Shown here piece by piece: positions 40,088-49,493 of a stretch of 64,000 nt of DNA. The notes below the pieces were generated by a model. It ran no database searches. It saw nothing but the letters and a program-made list of their open reading frames with translations, and was not told the origin of the DNA. The DNA lies in contig OY970173.1 of the NCBI GenBank assembly GCA_963707635.1, positions 2,752,001 to 2,816,000 on the forward strand, given 5' to 3'. Every line of letters starts with the position of its first letter. Within the stretch, counting starts at the first letter, position 1. Origin of the DNA: Candidatus Latescibacterota bacterium (lineage in GTDB: Bacteria > Krumholzibacteriota > Krumholzibacteriia > WVZY01 > JAKEHA01). The translations under genes and the position numbers were made by a program.

Positions 40088-41280
40088 GCACGAACACGCC
40101 CAAACTCGCCATCCTCGGCGCGTCCGGCTTCGTCGGCTCCGCCCTGGTCGAGCGTTTGTACTTCGACGACGCCTGGCGGGACCGGTTCGAATTCACCGCC
40201 TTCATTCGCGGGTTCGGCAACGCGGCGCGGCTGGCGAGGCTGCCGATCCGGATCGAGCGGCTCGACCTGACCGACTACCCGCAGGTGCAGGCCGCGCTGT
40301 CGGGCTACGACTACGTCGTGAATTGTACGCGCGGCGATACCGCGCTCATGATGAACGGCCTGAAGAACACCGCGCGCGCGATGAAGACGCTCCGCACCCG
40401 GAAGTTCGTGCACCTCGGCAGCGTGGCGATCTACGGAGAGGACCCGCCGGCCGAGAGTGCCCGCGAGAACGCGCCGCCGAATCCGGTGCGCACGGAGTAC
40501 GGGAACATCAAGGCGGCGCAGGACGAGTTGGTGTTCGCCCTGCACCAACAGGGCGTTCCCTCGATGATTCTCTGCCCTTCGAACATCGGCGGCCCCTACT
40601 CCGATCTCATCCTGGACGCCGTCGCCAGGCTGTCAGCCGGCGAGATCGTGCTGGTCGACGAAGGCCGCTACCCCACCAACATCGTGCACGTCGACAACCT
40701 CGTCCAGGCCGTCCTGGCCGCGCTGGCGAGCGACACCGGCTGGGGCGAGCGGTATTTCGTCAACGAAACGGAGCCGACGACGTGGAAGCAGTTCTTTGAA
40801 GACCTCGTGTCGATGCTCGGCACCGAGTACGAGTTCGCCGGCGTTTCCCGCGAAGAGGTTGTCCAGCAGATGAGCCGTCAGAAGTCGCGGACGTCGGCAG
40901 GAATCAAGAGCCAGGTGGGAACGCTGGTCTCCAGCGAGTTTCGCGAAGCGGTCAGCGTGCTCCCCGCGTTCCGGGCCATGGACGACGGGGCCAAGCGACT
41001 GTTTCGCGGTCTTAGTCCGCGGATGCAGGAAAGAATCCGCCGCCGTCTGGCGCGGCCCATCGTCGTGCCGCAGGTCCGCAGTACGCGCAGCCTCGACCAC
41101 AAATTGATCACGGCCCAGATTCGCCGGGTCTACCATTCACCGCAGAAGGCGATGGACCGGCTCCAGTACGCCCCGCTGCTCGACTATCGGCAGGGCATGG
41201 ACACCACGCGGAAATGGCTCGAGTTCGCCAACCGGGTGCCGGTGCGGTCACATCCAGGTGTCGAGCCAGGTGTGAAATGA
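40084..41280 (+). CDS. NAD-dependent epimerase/dehydratase (extended SDR)
   Basis: GASGFVG, SVAIYG, YGNIK (YxxxK), VHVDNL. Confidence 0.88.
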   Translation: MSTNTPKLAILGASGFVGSALVERLYFDDAWRDRFEFTAFIRGFGNAARLARLPIRIERLDLTDYPQVQAALSGYDYVVNCTRGDTALMMNGLKNTARAMKTLRTRKFVHLGSVAIYGEDPPAESARENAPPNPVRTEYGNIKAAQDELVFALHQQGVPSMILCPSNIGGPYSDLILDAVARLSAGEIVLVDEGRYPTNIVHVDNLVQAVLAALASDTGWGERYFVNETEPTTWKQFFEDLVSMLGTEYEFAGVSREEVVQQMSRQKSRTSAGIKSQVGTLVSSEFREAVSVLPAFRAMDDGAKRLFRGLSPRMQERIRRRLARPIVVPQVRSTRSLDHKLITAQIRRVYHSPQKAMDRLQYAPLLDYRQGMDTTRKWLEFANRVPVRSHPGVEPGVK

Positions 41281-43137
41281 CGTCAGCGTAAACAGCTGGA
41301 AGCTGTCCGCGAGCCGCTCCTTCCCCATCAGCGGGTCGTGCCGGTAGCTGTACGACGACTCGAGCTTGCCCGTCAGGTAGTCACACACCTGCGCATTCAG
41401 CAGATTGCCGCCTCCCCCGCCGAATCCGATCTTGGGACGCGCCGCGTGCGCGGCCGAAATGTGCCGTTCGGCGAGCTGGCGCAGCACGTATTTCGGGGAC
41501 CCGTTCCGCTCCTTGAGACGATCGGACAGCGACAGGGCGAAGTTCATGACGTCGATATCGAGCATCGGCGCGCGTCCTTCGATACCGGACGTCATGGTAA
41601 AGTTGTCGATCCGGTTGAGCAGGAGCTCCGCCCACCGGAAGCTCGTGTTCCACAACACGCTCAAGGCCGACTTGCTGTAGGCCGCGGGATCGTCCACCCA
41701 GGAGGAGATGCTCGCGTTCAGGAGCGAAAACTTGGTGTCGCGCGGGCGGGCATGGTACTTCTTCCAGACAATGCGCTGCGCCTGATAATTGAAAAACGGC
41801 TCATAGAGAAAGTCGCGCAGGACGACCCCGCTCGCGGCCGTGTCCAGGTTGTCGGCCAGGTAGGAGAGCCGGCTCTTGCGCGTGTCGGGGGCGAACATGC
41901 GCGCCACCCGGGCGCACAGCGGCAGCATCGCGCCGGCCCGTTTCATGCGCTCCAGTTTCGCCCAGCCCGCGTTCAGGTACGACAGGTAGCCGTTGTAGCC
42001 CATGAACAACTCGTCCGCGCCCTCACCGGTTTCGACCACGATCACGCCGCTGGCCCGCGCCAGCTCGGAGAGCTTCGCCAGCAGCACCGACTCCGTCATC
42101 CCCAGCGTGCTGTTCGGCAGAACCACTTCGTCGAGAATGCGAGTGTACTCGGCGGTGTCAAGCTGGATGGAATGGTGGTTCGTGCGGTAGCGCTTCGCCA
42201 CCTCCGACGCCATTTCCGTCTCCCGTTTCGATTCCGCGGATTGCGCCAGGTCGATCGAGATGGTGTTGACGCGATCGGTGTGCTTCGACATGTAGTGCAC
42301 GATGAGGGCCGAGTCGATCCCGCCCGAAAGAAACACTCCGAACGGGACGTCGCTGATCATGCGCTTCTCGACCGCCTTGTCCAGCAGGCGGTCCAGCGTG
42401 TCGACCGCATCCTCGCGGTCGTTGAGCTCGGTCTTCTTCGTGAGCGCGAAGTCGAAGAACCGCGTCGCCGGGGCCGACGGCGAGAAGGTCGAGTCCACCA
42501 CGCGATAGGACCCGGGTTCGAGCTTATGGATGTCCTTGAAGAGTGAGTTCGGCGCGCTCACGCCTCCCATCGCGAGAATCGAGTACAGCCCGTCGATGCT
42601 GATCCCCTTGCGGTAGTCCCGGTCTTTGGAGATCACCCCGGGATCGCTCGCGATGACGAGGTTGCGGCCGATCAGCGCGTAGTAGAGCGGCTTTTTCCCG
42701 ACCGGGTCGCGGGCGATGATCGCGCGTTGCTTGTCGTCGTCGACGATGATCAGCGCGAACATGCCTTCCAGCATCCGCAGGCAGTCCGTGCCGTGCTGCC
42801 GGTACAGATGCAGGATCACCTCGGTGTCCGAGGTCGAAACGAAAGAGACGCCGCGCGCGGCCAGGTCGTCCCGCAGCCGCCGGTAGTTGTATATCTCGCC
42901 GTTGTAGCAAACGTGGGTCTTGCCGTCCGGGCTGCTCATGGGCTGGCTGCCCCGCTCGGACAGGTCGATGATGCACAGCCGGCGATGCGCGAGGATCCAG
43001 TCGCGGCGGGCGCCTTCCGCGTACCCGCTCGAGTCGGGACCCCGGTTGCGCATCATGTCGCGCAGCGCGAGGACTTCGTCTTGGGAGCGTCCCACCGGCT
43101 GGTGGTCGAGGTTGTAATACCCGAGGATTCCGCACAT
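41248..43137 (-). CDS. asnB: Asparagine synthase (glutamine-hydrolysing)-like amidotransferase
   Basis: MCGILG, RGPD, NGEIYNY, LSGGIDS, TGEGADELF, KIGF. Confidence 0.9.
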   Translation of the reverse strand: MCGILGYYNLDHQPVGRSQDEVLALRDMMRNRGPDSSGYAEGARRDWILAHRRLCIIDLSERGSQPMSSPDGKTHVCYNGEIYNYRRLRDDLAARGVSFVSTSDTEVILHLYRQHGTDCLRMLEGMFALIIVDDDKQRAIIARDPVGKKPLYYALIGRNLVIASDPGVISKDRDYRKGISIDGLYSILAMGGVSAPNSLFKDIHKLEPGSYRVVDSTFSPSAPATRFFDFALTKKTELNDREDAVDTLDRLLDKAVEKRMISDVPFGVFLSGGIDSALIVHYMSKHTDRVNTISIDLAQSAESKRETEMASEVAKRYRTNHHSIQLDTAEYTRILDEVVLPNSTLGMTESVLLAKLSELARASGVIVVETGEGADELFMGYNGYLSYLNAGWAKLERMKRAGAMLPLCARVARMFAPDTRKSRLSYLADNLDTAASGVVLRDFLYEPFFNYQAQRIVWKKYHARPRDTKFSLLNASISSWVDDPAAYSKSALSVLWNTSFRWAELLLNRIDNFTMTSGIEGRAPMLDIDVMNFALSLSDRLKERNGSPKYVLRQLAERHISAAHAARPKIGFGGGGGNLLNAQVCDYLTGKLESSYSYRHDPLMGKERLADSFQLFTLTSFHTWLDTWM

Positions 43138-43186
43138 AGGGGGTGCTTCATGATAGCACTTTCCCGGCCGCGAGATATCCACATTG

Positions 43187-43543
43187 CTATTCAGTGCTCG
43201 TGAGGCCCTCCATCAGCGCCCACGTCATCATGGCCAGCGCGAGAATCATCGCGACGGGCGTGTGCGCGATGAGCGCTCCGATCCCGCTCGCCGCGATGGA
43301 GCTCAAGTGCTGCACTGCATTCTCCCGAATCCAGGAGCCGTTCCATACCAAGAGCACGAGGAGCTCGGTCAAGGCGACCCCGGCGAAGGCCGCCATCTGG
43401 AGCCGGCCCAGGCGTGCCCGGTGCGCCTGCTGCCGACCGTACTCCGCGTGCAGCCAGACCACCGAGTAAGGCGGCGGCGAAGGGGCTCCGTCGGCGGCTT
43501 GCTTTGCAACCAGATCCATCGCTTCAGTGATGGTGAGCTTCAC
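43187..43543 (-). CDS. Small membrane protein, putative anti-sigma factor
   Basis: Two hydrophobic segments; overlaps the ECF sigma stop. Confidence 0.55.
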   Translation of the reverse strand: MKLTITEAMDLVAKQAADGAPSPPPYSVVWLHAEYGRQQAHRARLGRLQMAAFAGVALTELLVLLVWNGSWIRENAVQHLSSIAASGIGALIAHTPVAMILALAMMTWALMEGLTSTE

Positions 43544-44046
43544 GGTGCGTCCTCCGATTCGATGCCCATGTGCCGCAGCAGCTCCACAAACCGCGCGCGC
43601 GCCCGAAACAGCAGGACCCGCACGCTCCTCTCTCCGACGTTCGTCATGCGCGCGATGTCGCGGTGCCCGTAGCCTTCGACGTGCGCGAGCCAGAGCAGCG
43701 CGCGCTGTTTCGGCGCGAGCCGCCCAAACGCCTCGCCCACGTCGAGGCCGAGATCAACGCGGTTGTGGCCCGGCGCCGGCTGCTGTTCTGCCGCTGAATC
43801 GTCGTCGTCCTGCACTTCGCGCGCGCCCCGGCGCCAGTGATCGTGCATGAGGTTGGTCGCAATACGATAGAGATAGGCCTTTGCTTCGGGAGTCCGGGAT
43901 CCGCGCTTCACGACCTGCAGCATGCGAATATACGCCTCCTGGGTGATGTCATCCGCCACCGCGGGCTCGCGGACGCCCCTGGCGACGTAGGCCCACAGCG
44001 GGCGATAGGTCGCTTCGTAGAAGGCGGCGAATGCGGACTCCTCCAT
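43540..44046 (-). CDS. ECF RNA polymerase sigma factor
   Basis: ADDITQEAY, YLYRIATNLMHDHWR, EGYGHRDIA...SVRVLLFRAR. Confidence 0.92.
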   Translation of the reverse strand: MEESAFAAFYEATYRPLWAYVARGVREPAVADDITQEAYIRMLQVVKRGSRTPEAKAYLYRIATNLMHDHWRRGAREVQDDDDSAAEQQPAPGHNRVDLGLDVGEAFGRLAPKQRALLWLAHVEGYGHRDIARMTNVGERSVRVLLFRARARFVELLRHMGIESEDAP

Positions 44047-44055
44047 CGTTTCGCG

Positions 44056-44505
44056 TCAATTCCAGCGTTTCGACATGAGATGGGACACGGCCGCGCTGAC
44101 CAGCAGCGCTACCCCGCAGCTAATGAAGATCGTTCCCCAGTTGTTCAACCCGATCGCCTCGTTGACAAAATTGATATCGGTCATGCCACGATAGCGGAGC
44201 GCGTTCAGCATGAAGGCGCCACCCAGCGCGGCCAGAATGAATCCGCCCAGCACGAGCCGGCGCGCGCGCAACGCCGGGTGAGCCGGCGACGCCAGCGGGT
44301 CTTCCAGGAGCCGCCGGCCGGTTTCGGTCTGCAGGAAATCGATCAGCTCCCTGGCGGTTCCGAACTTGTCGATCAGACGGTTGAAGGTTTCGTTTCGCTG
44401 CATCCGGGCATGCACCTGGAGCTGGTGACGCTTGAACAGAAGCCACAGCACCCAGCCGGCCAGAAGCGGCGCAGCAGCGATCAGGATGACGTCTTCGAGG
44501 ACCAT
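44056..44505 (-). CDS. Hypothetical membrane protein (3 TM)
   Basis: LIDKFGTARELIDFLQTETGRRLL between TM segments; precedes the ECF sigma. Confidence 0.7.
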   Translation of the reverse strand: MVLEDVILIAAAPLLAGWVLWLLFKRHQLQVHARMQRNETFNRLIDKFGTARELIDFLQTETGRRLLEDPLASPAHPALRARRLVLGGFILAALGGAFMLNALRYRGMTDINFVNEAIGLNNWGTIFISCGVALLVSAAVSHLMSKRWN

Positions 44506-44544
44506 GGATTGTTCTCCCGTTCGGGTTGGTCGTTATCTATGGGA

Positions 44545-45669
44545 CTACTTGCCGCTCTGTGCGGTTTCATCTTTCATTTCGCCGATCAGCATGTTCAGAA
44601 ACTCCGCGCGCCGGCCCTCCGTGGTCTCCAGCAGCTTTTCGAGCGAGAGCCGGTGGGCCGTCCGAACCGCCACGTCGCTCGCCGCGGCCACATCGGGCGT
44701 GATTCCAACTCCCTCCCAGTTGGACCCGGTCAGCGGGCTGGTCGTGTTCCCGACCGGAATCATCACGGCGAAATGGCTGTCGACCTGAAAGATCTTTGCG
44801 AAGTGGGCGCCGCCGCGTGTCTGCTGACCGACGACCACGGCGCGGCCGGCTTTCTGCATGCTGTATGTGAACTGTTCGGCAGCCGAAAACGTTCGCTCGC
44901 CGGTCAGGATGAAGACCGGCTTGGAGACATAGCGTGGCCCCGGCACATACGGGAGCGTCCAGCTCTGGCTCGTCTCGCCGGAGAGGCGGTCGAAGAAATC
45001 TACAAGATGCATCGGTTCGCCGTCGAAGAAATAGCTGGTGAGCAACGTCACCATGTCTCCGCGCCCGCCTCCGTTGAAGCGCAGGTCGATCAGGAGCGCG
45101 TCGGTATTGGAAAGGAAGCGCATCGCCGCCGTGAGGGTCTCGCCCGCGATCGCGGGGTCTTCGAACTTGGTTAGCTTCAGGTAGCCGACGTTCCCGTCGA
45201 GGTGCTCGGCGCGCTCGATGCCGAAGTTCTGCCGGGTGGCGTCGAGGCGGCGCTGCGCCGTCTCCTCCGCGGACGGCTCGCCGGCCGTCTCCCGCAGCGG
45301 CCGCGGCTCGGCCGAGAACATCACTTTTAGATGCCGGTCCGGTGTGACGGCCTGCATATCCGCCGTCAGACGTGCCGCGAGGTCGGCCGCGCTCTTGACG
45401 TCGTCGTACGCCCCATCCTTGAAACGCTTCCGTATCGAGCGGGCAATCTCGGCGGCGAGGTCCGGAAAAACGTAGTTCGCGTCCGCAAACCCCGCGACCG
45501 CCTGGATCACGTTCGCGCGCAGCGCTTTGTCGACCGGGAGATCGGCTGCCGCCTGGGCGCGGGCGGGTGCGGCGGCAGCCAACAGGGCACATACGATGGC
45601 GCCCGCGGCAACCAGAAACCGGGTCCATGCGGGCAGTCGGCGCATCAGGGAATTGAACAGGGTGCTCAT
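44545..45669 (-). CDS. S41 family peptidase (IRBP-like)
   Basis: DRHL, NVGYLKL, LIDLRFNGGG, TFSAAE, GQQTRGGA, WEGVGITPD. Confidence 0.92.
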   Translation of the reverse strand: MSTLFNSLMRRLPAWTRFLVAAGAIVCALLAAAAPARAQAAADLPVDKALRANVIQAVAGFADANYVFPDLAAEIARSIRKRFKDGAYDDVKSAADLAARLTADMQAVTPDRHLKVMFSAEPRPLRETAGEPSAEETAQRRLDATRQNFGIERAEHLDGNVGYLKLTKFEDPAIAGETLTAAMRFLSNTDALLIDLRFNGGGRGDMVTLLTSYFFDGEPMHLVDFFDRLSGETSQSWTLPYVPGPRYVSKPVFILTGERTFSAAEQFTYSMQKAGRAVVVGQQTRGGAHFAKIFQVDSHFAVMIPVGNTTSPLTGSNWEGVGITPDVAAASDVAVRTAHRLSLEKLLETTEGRRAEFLNMLIGEMKDETAQSGK

Positions 45670-46047
45670 GGACGGATCCTCTCTCAAGAAGGGTGAGGCA
45701 TGTGTTCGTTACACCATCGGGACGAAGGAGGGGGGCCAATGGTTAACACGCCCGTTGGACCCACGCGGACGTCCGCCGGTGCACGGAGCCGCCCATTGAT
45801 TCCCACGCCGGGAAGTGGTAAAGTCGGGCCCGCTTGGCGTCACGCTTGGGCCAGTCAGCCACACAAACCCGGTAGGGTACCCGCATGGAACGGCATCTCT
45901 GGCGGTGGCAGTCCCGGCAGTACTCATTCCACCTCCGCGGCAAGCACTCCTTGCCGATCGTTACACTTCACCGTGGTCCTCGATCGGATCATCCACGCCG
46001 CTCCTTTCCGGGCGGCTCTGCTCGTTCACATTAAGGAGGAATCCTTC

Positions 46048-49000
46048 ATGACACGCCCCCTGAAGTTTTGCTCGCCAGGTGTACTCGCGGCGTCAATCGC
46101 CGTCGTTGCGCTCCTGTTTGCTGCGGTCCCCGGCTTCGCGAACCCCGCGATGCAGGGGGTCATCAAGACATTCACACAGCCCGACCAGAGCCGGGTCGAC
46201 CTGCGGCTCTGGGGCGACGAGTACGCGAATGGGTGGGAGACGCTGGACGGATACACCGTCCTCCTCAATCAGGCGACGGGCTACTGGGAGTACGCCATGC
46301 GTGACCCCGACGGCATCCTCGCCCTGTCGGGGCAGCGCGTGGGACTCGATGCTCCTTCGCAGATGCTCCACCTGCGCCCGACCGAACAGTCGCTGAGCGA
46401 CGCCTACCGGACCAAGGGGGTCGTCGACTTTCCGACCATCCCCCGTCTTCCCATGGCCCCGCCCTGGGCGACCGGAAGCACGAACGTGCTGGTGATTCTG
46501 GTCCAGTTCCCGGCGGACGCGGGGGATCCCAACGGCGCCCAGCCGGCGGTGCCCGCGTCGTTCACCGCGGCCCAGGTTCAGGCCAACCTGTTCGGAGGCA
46601 CGTCGACCGGCCCCGGGAACATGACGGACTACTACAACGAGATCTCGTTCAATAACCTCAACCTGGTCGGCACGGTCGTGGGACCGTTCACGGTCGCGAA
46701 CGACAAGAACGACTACGACGACGGTCCGAGCAACGCGAAGGTCATGGTCGCCCAGGCGATCGCGCTGGCCGATGCGTCGGTCGACTTCGCCCCCTTCGAC
46801 AACGACGGGAATGGCGAAGTGGACATGGTCGCGATCGCGTACGCGGGCAACGGCCCCGACAACGGGCTTTACGACGGCGCGGATCCGGATGTCAACGACC
46901 TGTGGCCGCACGCGTCGTCGATCGGCTCGGTCAACGTCGACGGCGGCGCCCGTCACATCACCCAGTATTTCATCGCCCCCGAGTTGTCCAGCAACTTGCC
47001 GCGCCTGCGGACCATCGGCGTCTACTGCCACGAGTTCGGCCACAAGCTCGGCTTGCCGGACCTCTACGACACCGACGGATCCTCCGACGGCGTCGGGCAC
47101 TGGAGCCTGATGGGCTCCGGCAGCTGGTGCAGCAACACGCCCGGCTCCGAGAACGGCGAATCGCCCAGCCACATGGACCCCTGGTGCAAGTGGTGGGAGG
47201 GCTGGATTACGCCGGTGGACCGCACGGACGCACATGTCGCGCAGGCGCTCGCGCCGGCAGCGACCAACGCGGACGCGGTGCGCCTCCTGGCGAACTCCGG
47301 CGGCCCGAACGACTGGCCCGGCGGCTCGGGCCAGTATTTCCTGATCGAAAATCGCCAGCGGGTCGGCTTCGACCGGGGTATCGACGCGTGCGGCATTCTG
47401 GTCTGGCACGTCGACGAGTCGCTGACCCACAACAAGAACGAGGGACACACCTCGGGGTCCCACCGCCTCCTCGACCTCGAGGAAGCCCACGGCGGGACCC
47501 AGGACCTCGACAACGGCAACAATCGCGGCGATTCCGGCGACTCGTTCCCGGGATCGAGCAACAAGCTGCTATGGGACGATAGCACCGATCCGAGCGCCCG
47601 ACTTTACAACGGCGATCCCTCGGACCAGACCATGCGCATCGTCACTACGAGTTGCGGCGGGTCCATGACCGTCAGCTTCAACAACGCGCCCCCGGTGGCC
47701 GATGCCGGCACCGACATCACCGCCGAATGCACCTCGCCGACCACCACGCCGGTCCAGCTCAACGGCACCGGTTCCAGCGATCCGGACAGCGACGCGTTGA
47801 CGTATACCTGGTCCGCACTCGGCATCACGTTCGATGATATCCACTCGGCGACGCCGACCGGGCAGTTCCCGGACGGGTCGACAGTCGTGACCCTGACCGT
47901 TTCCGACGGGGCCCTGACGGATGACGACCAGGTGCTGGTCACGATCGAGGACACGACCCCGCCGGTGATTACCTGCCCCGGCGACGTCGTTGTCGAGTGC
48001 TCGAGTCATTGCGGGACGGTAAAGGAGGACCCGCAGCTGGTGCTGTTCTTCGCGGGCGCATCGGCCATCGACACCTGCGATCCGACCCTGACCATCACCA
48101 ACGACGCACCCCCCTGCTTCCCCGAGGGCGAGACCACGGTCACGTTCTCGACAAAGGACGACGACAACAACCCAGCGTCGTGCACGGCGAAGGTCACGGT
48201 CGTAGACACCACCCCGCCGGAAATCGACGTCGTGCTGAACCGTGACGTCCTCTGGCCGCCCAACCACAAGCTCGTCGAGGTCTGCGCCGAGGTAACGGTG
48301 ACGGACATCTGCGACGACAGCCCGACGTTCACCCTGTTCAGCGTCGAGTCGAGCGAGCCGGACAACACCAAGGGGGACGGCAACACGGTCGACGACATCC
48401 AGGACGACGACCTCGGGACGGCGGATGAGTGCTTCAAGCTCCGCTCGGAACGCATGGGCGGGGGCGACGGTCGCAAGTACACGGTGATCTATCAGGGGAA
48501 GGACGAGTCCAACAACGTCGCCTACGACACCGTGTGCGTCCGTGTGCCGCACGACCAGTCCGGCCATGCGCTGGCGTCACAGGGCTTCAGCGCGAATGGC
48601 AAGGCCCTGACCGGTTTGACGGACAAGGTGGCGGTGATCATTACGGCGAGTGCGGGCATGGATGTGGCGACGGTGGATGTCTCTGACATCTACCTGGGGA
48701 ACACGGACGGGGTGCTCAAGCCGATGGGCACGCGCACCGGGGACGCCAACAAGGATGGTTTGCCGGACCTGATCCTGTTCTTTGACGCCAATGGCGTCAC
48801 GCAGCGCCTCGCCGGTCCGGCGACTTCCGGCGGCGAAGGCATTGTGGGGATCAACGGAGCCCTGCGGAGTGGGCCTGTGGGTATCCACTTCGTCTCACCG
48901 GGTGAAGAGGATTACCTGATTGCGAACGTCTTCGCCCTGGGCGCTCCGGTGCCGCTGCCCTCGTTCGTCACCGAGCCTCCCGACCCACTCGGCCGGGGCA

Positions 49001-49299
49001 TACCGACGGTCCAGGTGGTACGGGAGACGGCGCTTTCGTCGATCCATCCCAATCCGTTCAATCCGCAAACGACGGTGGAGTTCGCCCTGTCGTCCCCGCA
49101 GCACGTGCGGATCATGATCTACGACGTGCGGGGCTCGCTGGTGCATCGACTGGTGGACCAGTCGATGGGCGCGGGCGAGCATCGCGCGGTGTGGAAAGGC
49201 GTCGACGATGCCGGACGGCCGGCGACGTCGGGTATCTACTTCGTGCGGATGGTCGCGGGGTCGTATGAACAGACCCGCAAGATCGTGATGCTGAAGTAG
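46048..49299 (+). CDS. Secreted M6 (immune inhibitor A) metalloprotease with PKD/HYR-like modules and FlgD-Ig CTD
   Basis: AAGGAGG RBS; HEFGHKLGLPDLYD; WSLM; YFLIENRQ; PPVADAG; IHPNPFNP...RKIVMLK. Confidence 0.9.
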   Translation: MTRPLKFCSPGVLAASIAVVALLFAAVPGFANPAMQGVIKTFTQPDQSRVDLRLWGDEYANGWETLDGYTVLLNQATGYWEYAMRDPDGILALSGQRVGLDAPSQMLHLRPTEQSLSDAYRTKGVVDFPTIPRLPMAPPWATGSTNVLVILVQFPADAGDPNGAQPAVPASFTAAQVQANLFGGTSTGPGNMTDYYNEISFNNLNLVGTVVGPFTVANDKNDYDDGPSNAKVMVAQAIALADASVDFAPFDNDGNGEVDMVAIAYAGNGPDNGLYDGADPDVNDLWPHASSIGSVNVDGGARHITQYFIAPELSSNLPRLRTIGVYCHEFGHKLGLPDLYDTDGSSDGVGHWSLMGSGSWCSNTPGSENGESPSHMDPWCKWWEGWITPVDRTDAHVAQALAPAATNADAVRLLANSGGPNDWPGGSGQYFLIENRQRVGFDRGIDACGILVWHVDESLTHNKNEGHTSGSHRLLDLEEAHGGTQDLDNGNNRGDSGDSFPGSSNKLLWDDSTDPSARLYNGDPSDQTMRIVTTSCGGSMTVSFNNAPPVADAGTDITAECTSPTTTPVQLNGTGSSDPDSDALTYTWSALGITFDDIHSATPTGQFPDGSTVVTLTVSDGALTDDDQVLVTIEDTTPPVITCPGDVVVECSSHCGTVKEDPQLVLFFAGASAIDTCDPTLTITNDAPPCFPEGETTVTFSTKDDDNNPASCTAKVTVVDTTPPEIDVVLNRDVLWPPNHKLVEVCAEVTVTDICDDSPTFTLFSVESSEPDNTKGDGNTVDDIQDDDLGTADECFKLRSERMGGGDGRKYTVIYQGKDESNNVAYDTVCVRVPHDQSGHALASQGFSANGKALTGLTDKVAVIITASAGMDVATVDVSDIYLGNTDGVLKPMGTRTGDANKDGLPDLILFFDANGVTQRLAGPATSGGEGIVGINGALRSGPVGIHFVSPGEEDYLIANVFALGAPVPLPSFVTEPPDPLGRGIPTVQVVRETALSSIHPNPFNPQTTVEFALSSPQHVRIMIYDVRGSLVHRLVDQSMGAGEHRAVWKGVDDAGRPATSGIYFVRMVAGSYEQTRKIVMLK

Positions 49300-49328
49300 C
49301 CCGCGCGTCTCTTTGAGATTCTTCGATG

Positions 49329-49369
49329 ACCCGGCGTCGAGTGGGAGACTCGATGCCGGGTTTTCGTTT
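49329..49369 (+). terminator. Rho-independent terminator
   Basis: ACCCGGCGTCGAGT-gggag-ACTCGATGCCGGGT then TTTCGTTT. Confidence 0.78.
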
Positions 49370-49493
49370 GTGAGGAAACAGATTCTTCAGCGGCGTGTCC
49401 AAAGAAGCACAATACCTTGCGATCTTCTATTGTGGTATACTCCGATGGATGTAAATAGCAACCCGGCCCTCGCCCACGCCGCGTGCGGTAGGA

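Noticed and set aside
45700..46047. Riboswitch or sigma54 site upstream of the first M6 gene
   Set aside because: TGGCGTCACGCTTGG lacks the -12 GC, and the short hairpins match no riboswitch I can recognise
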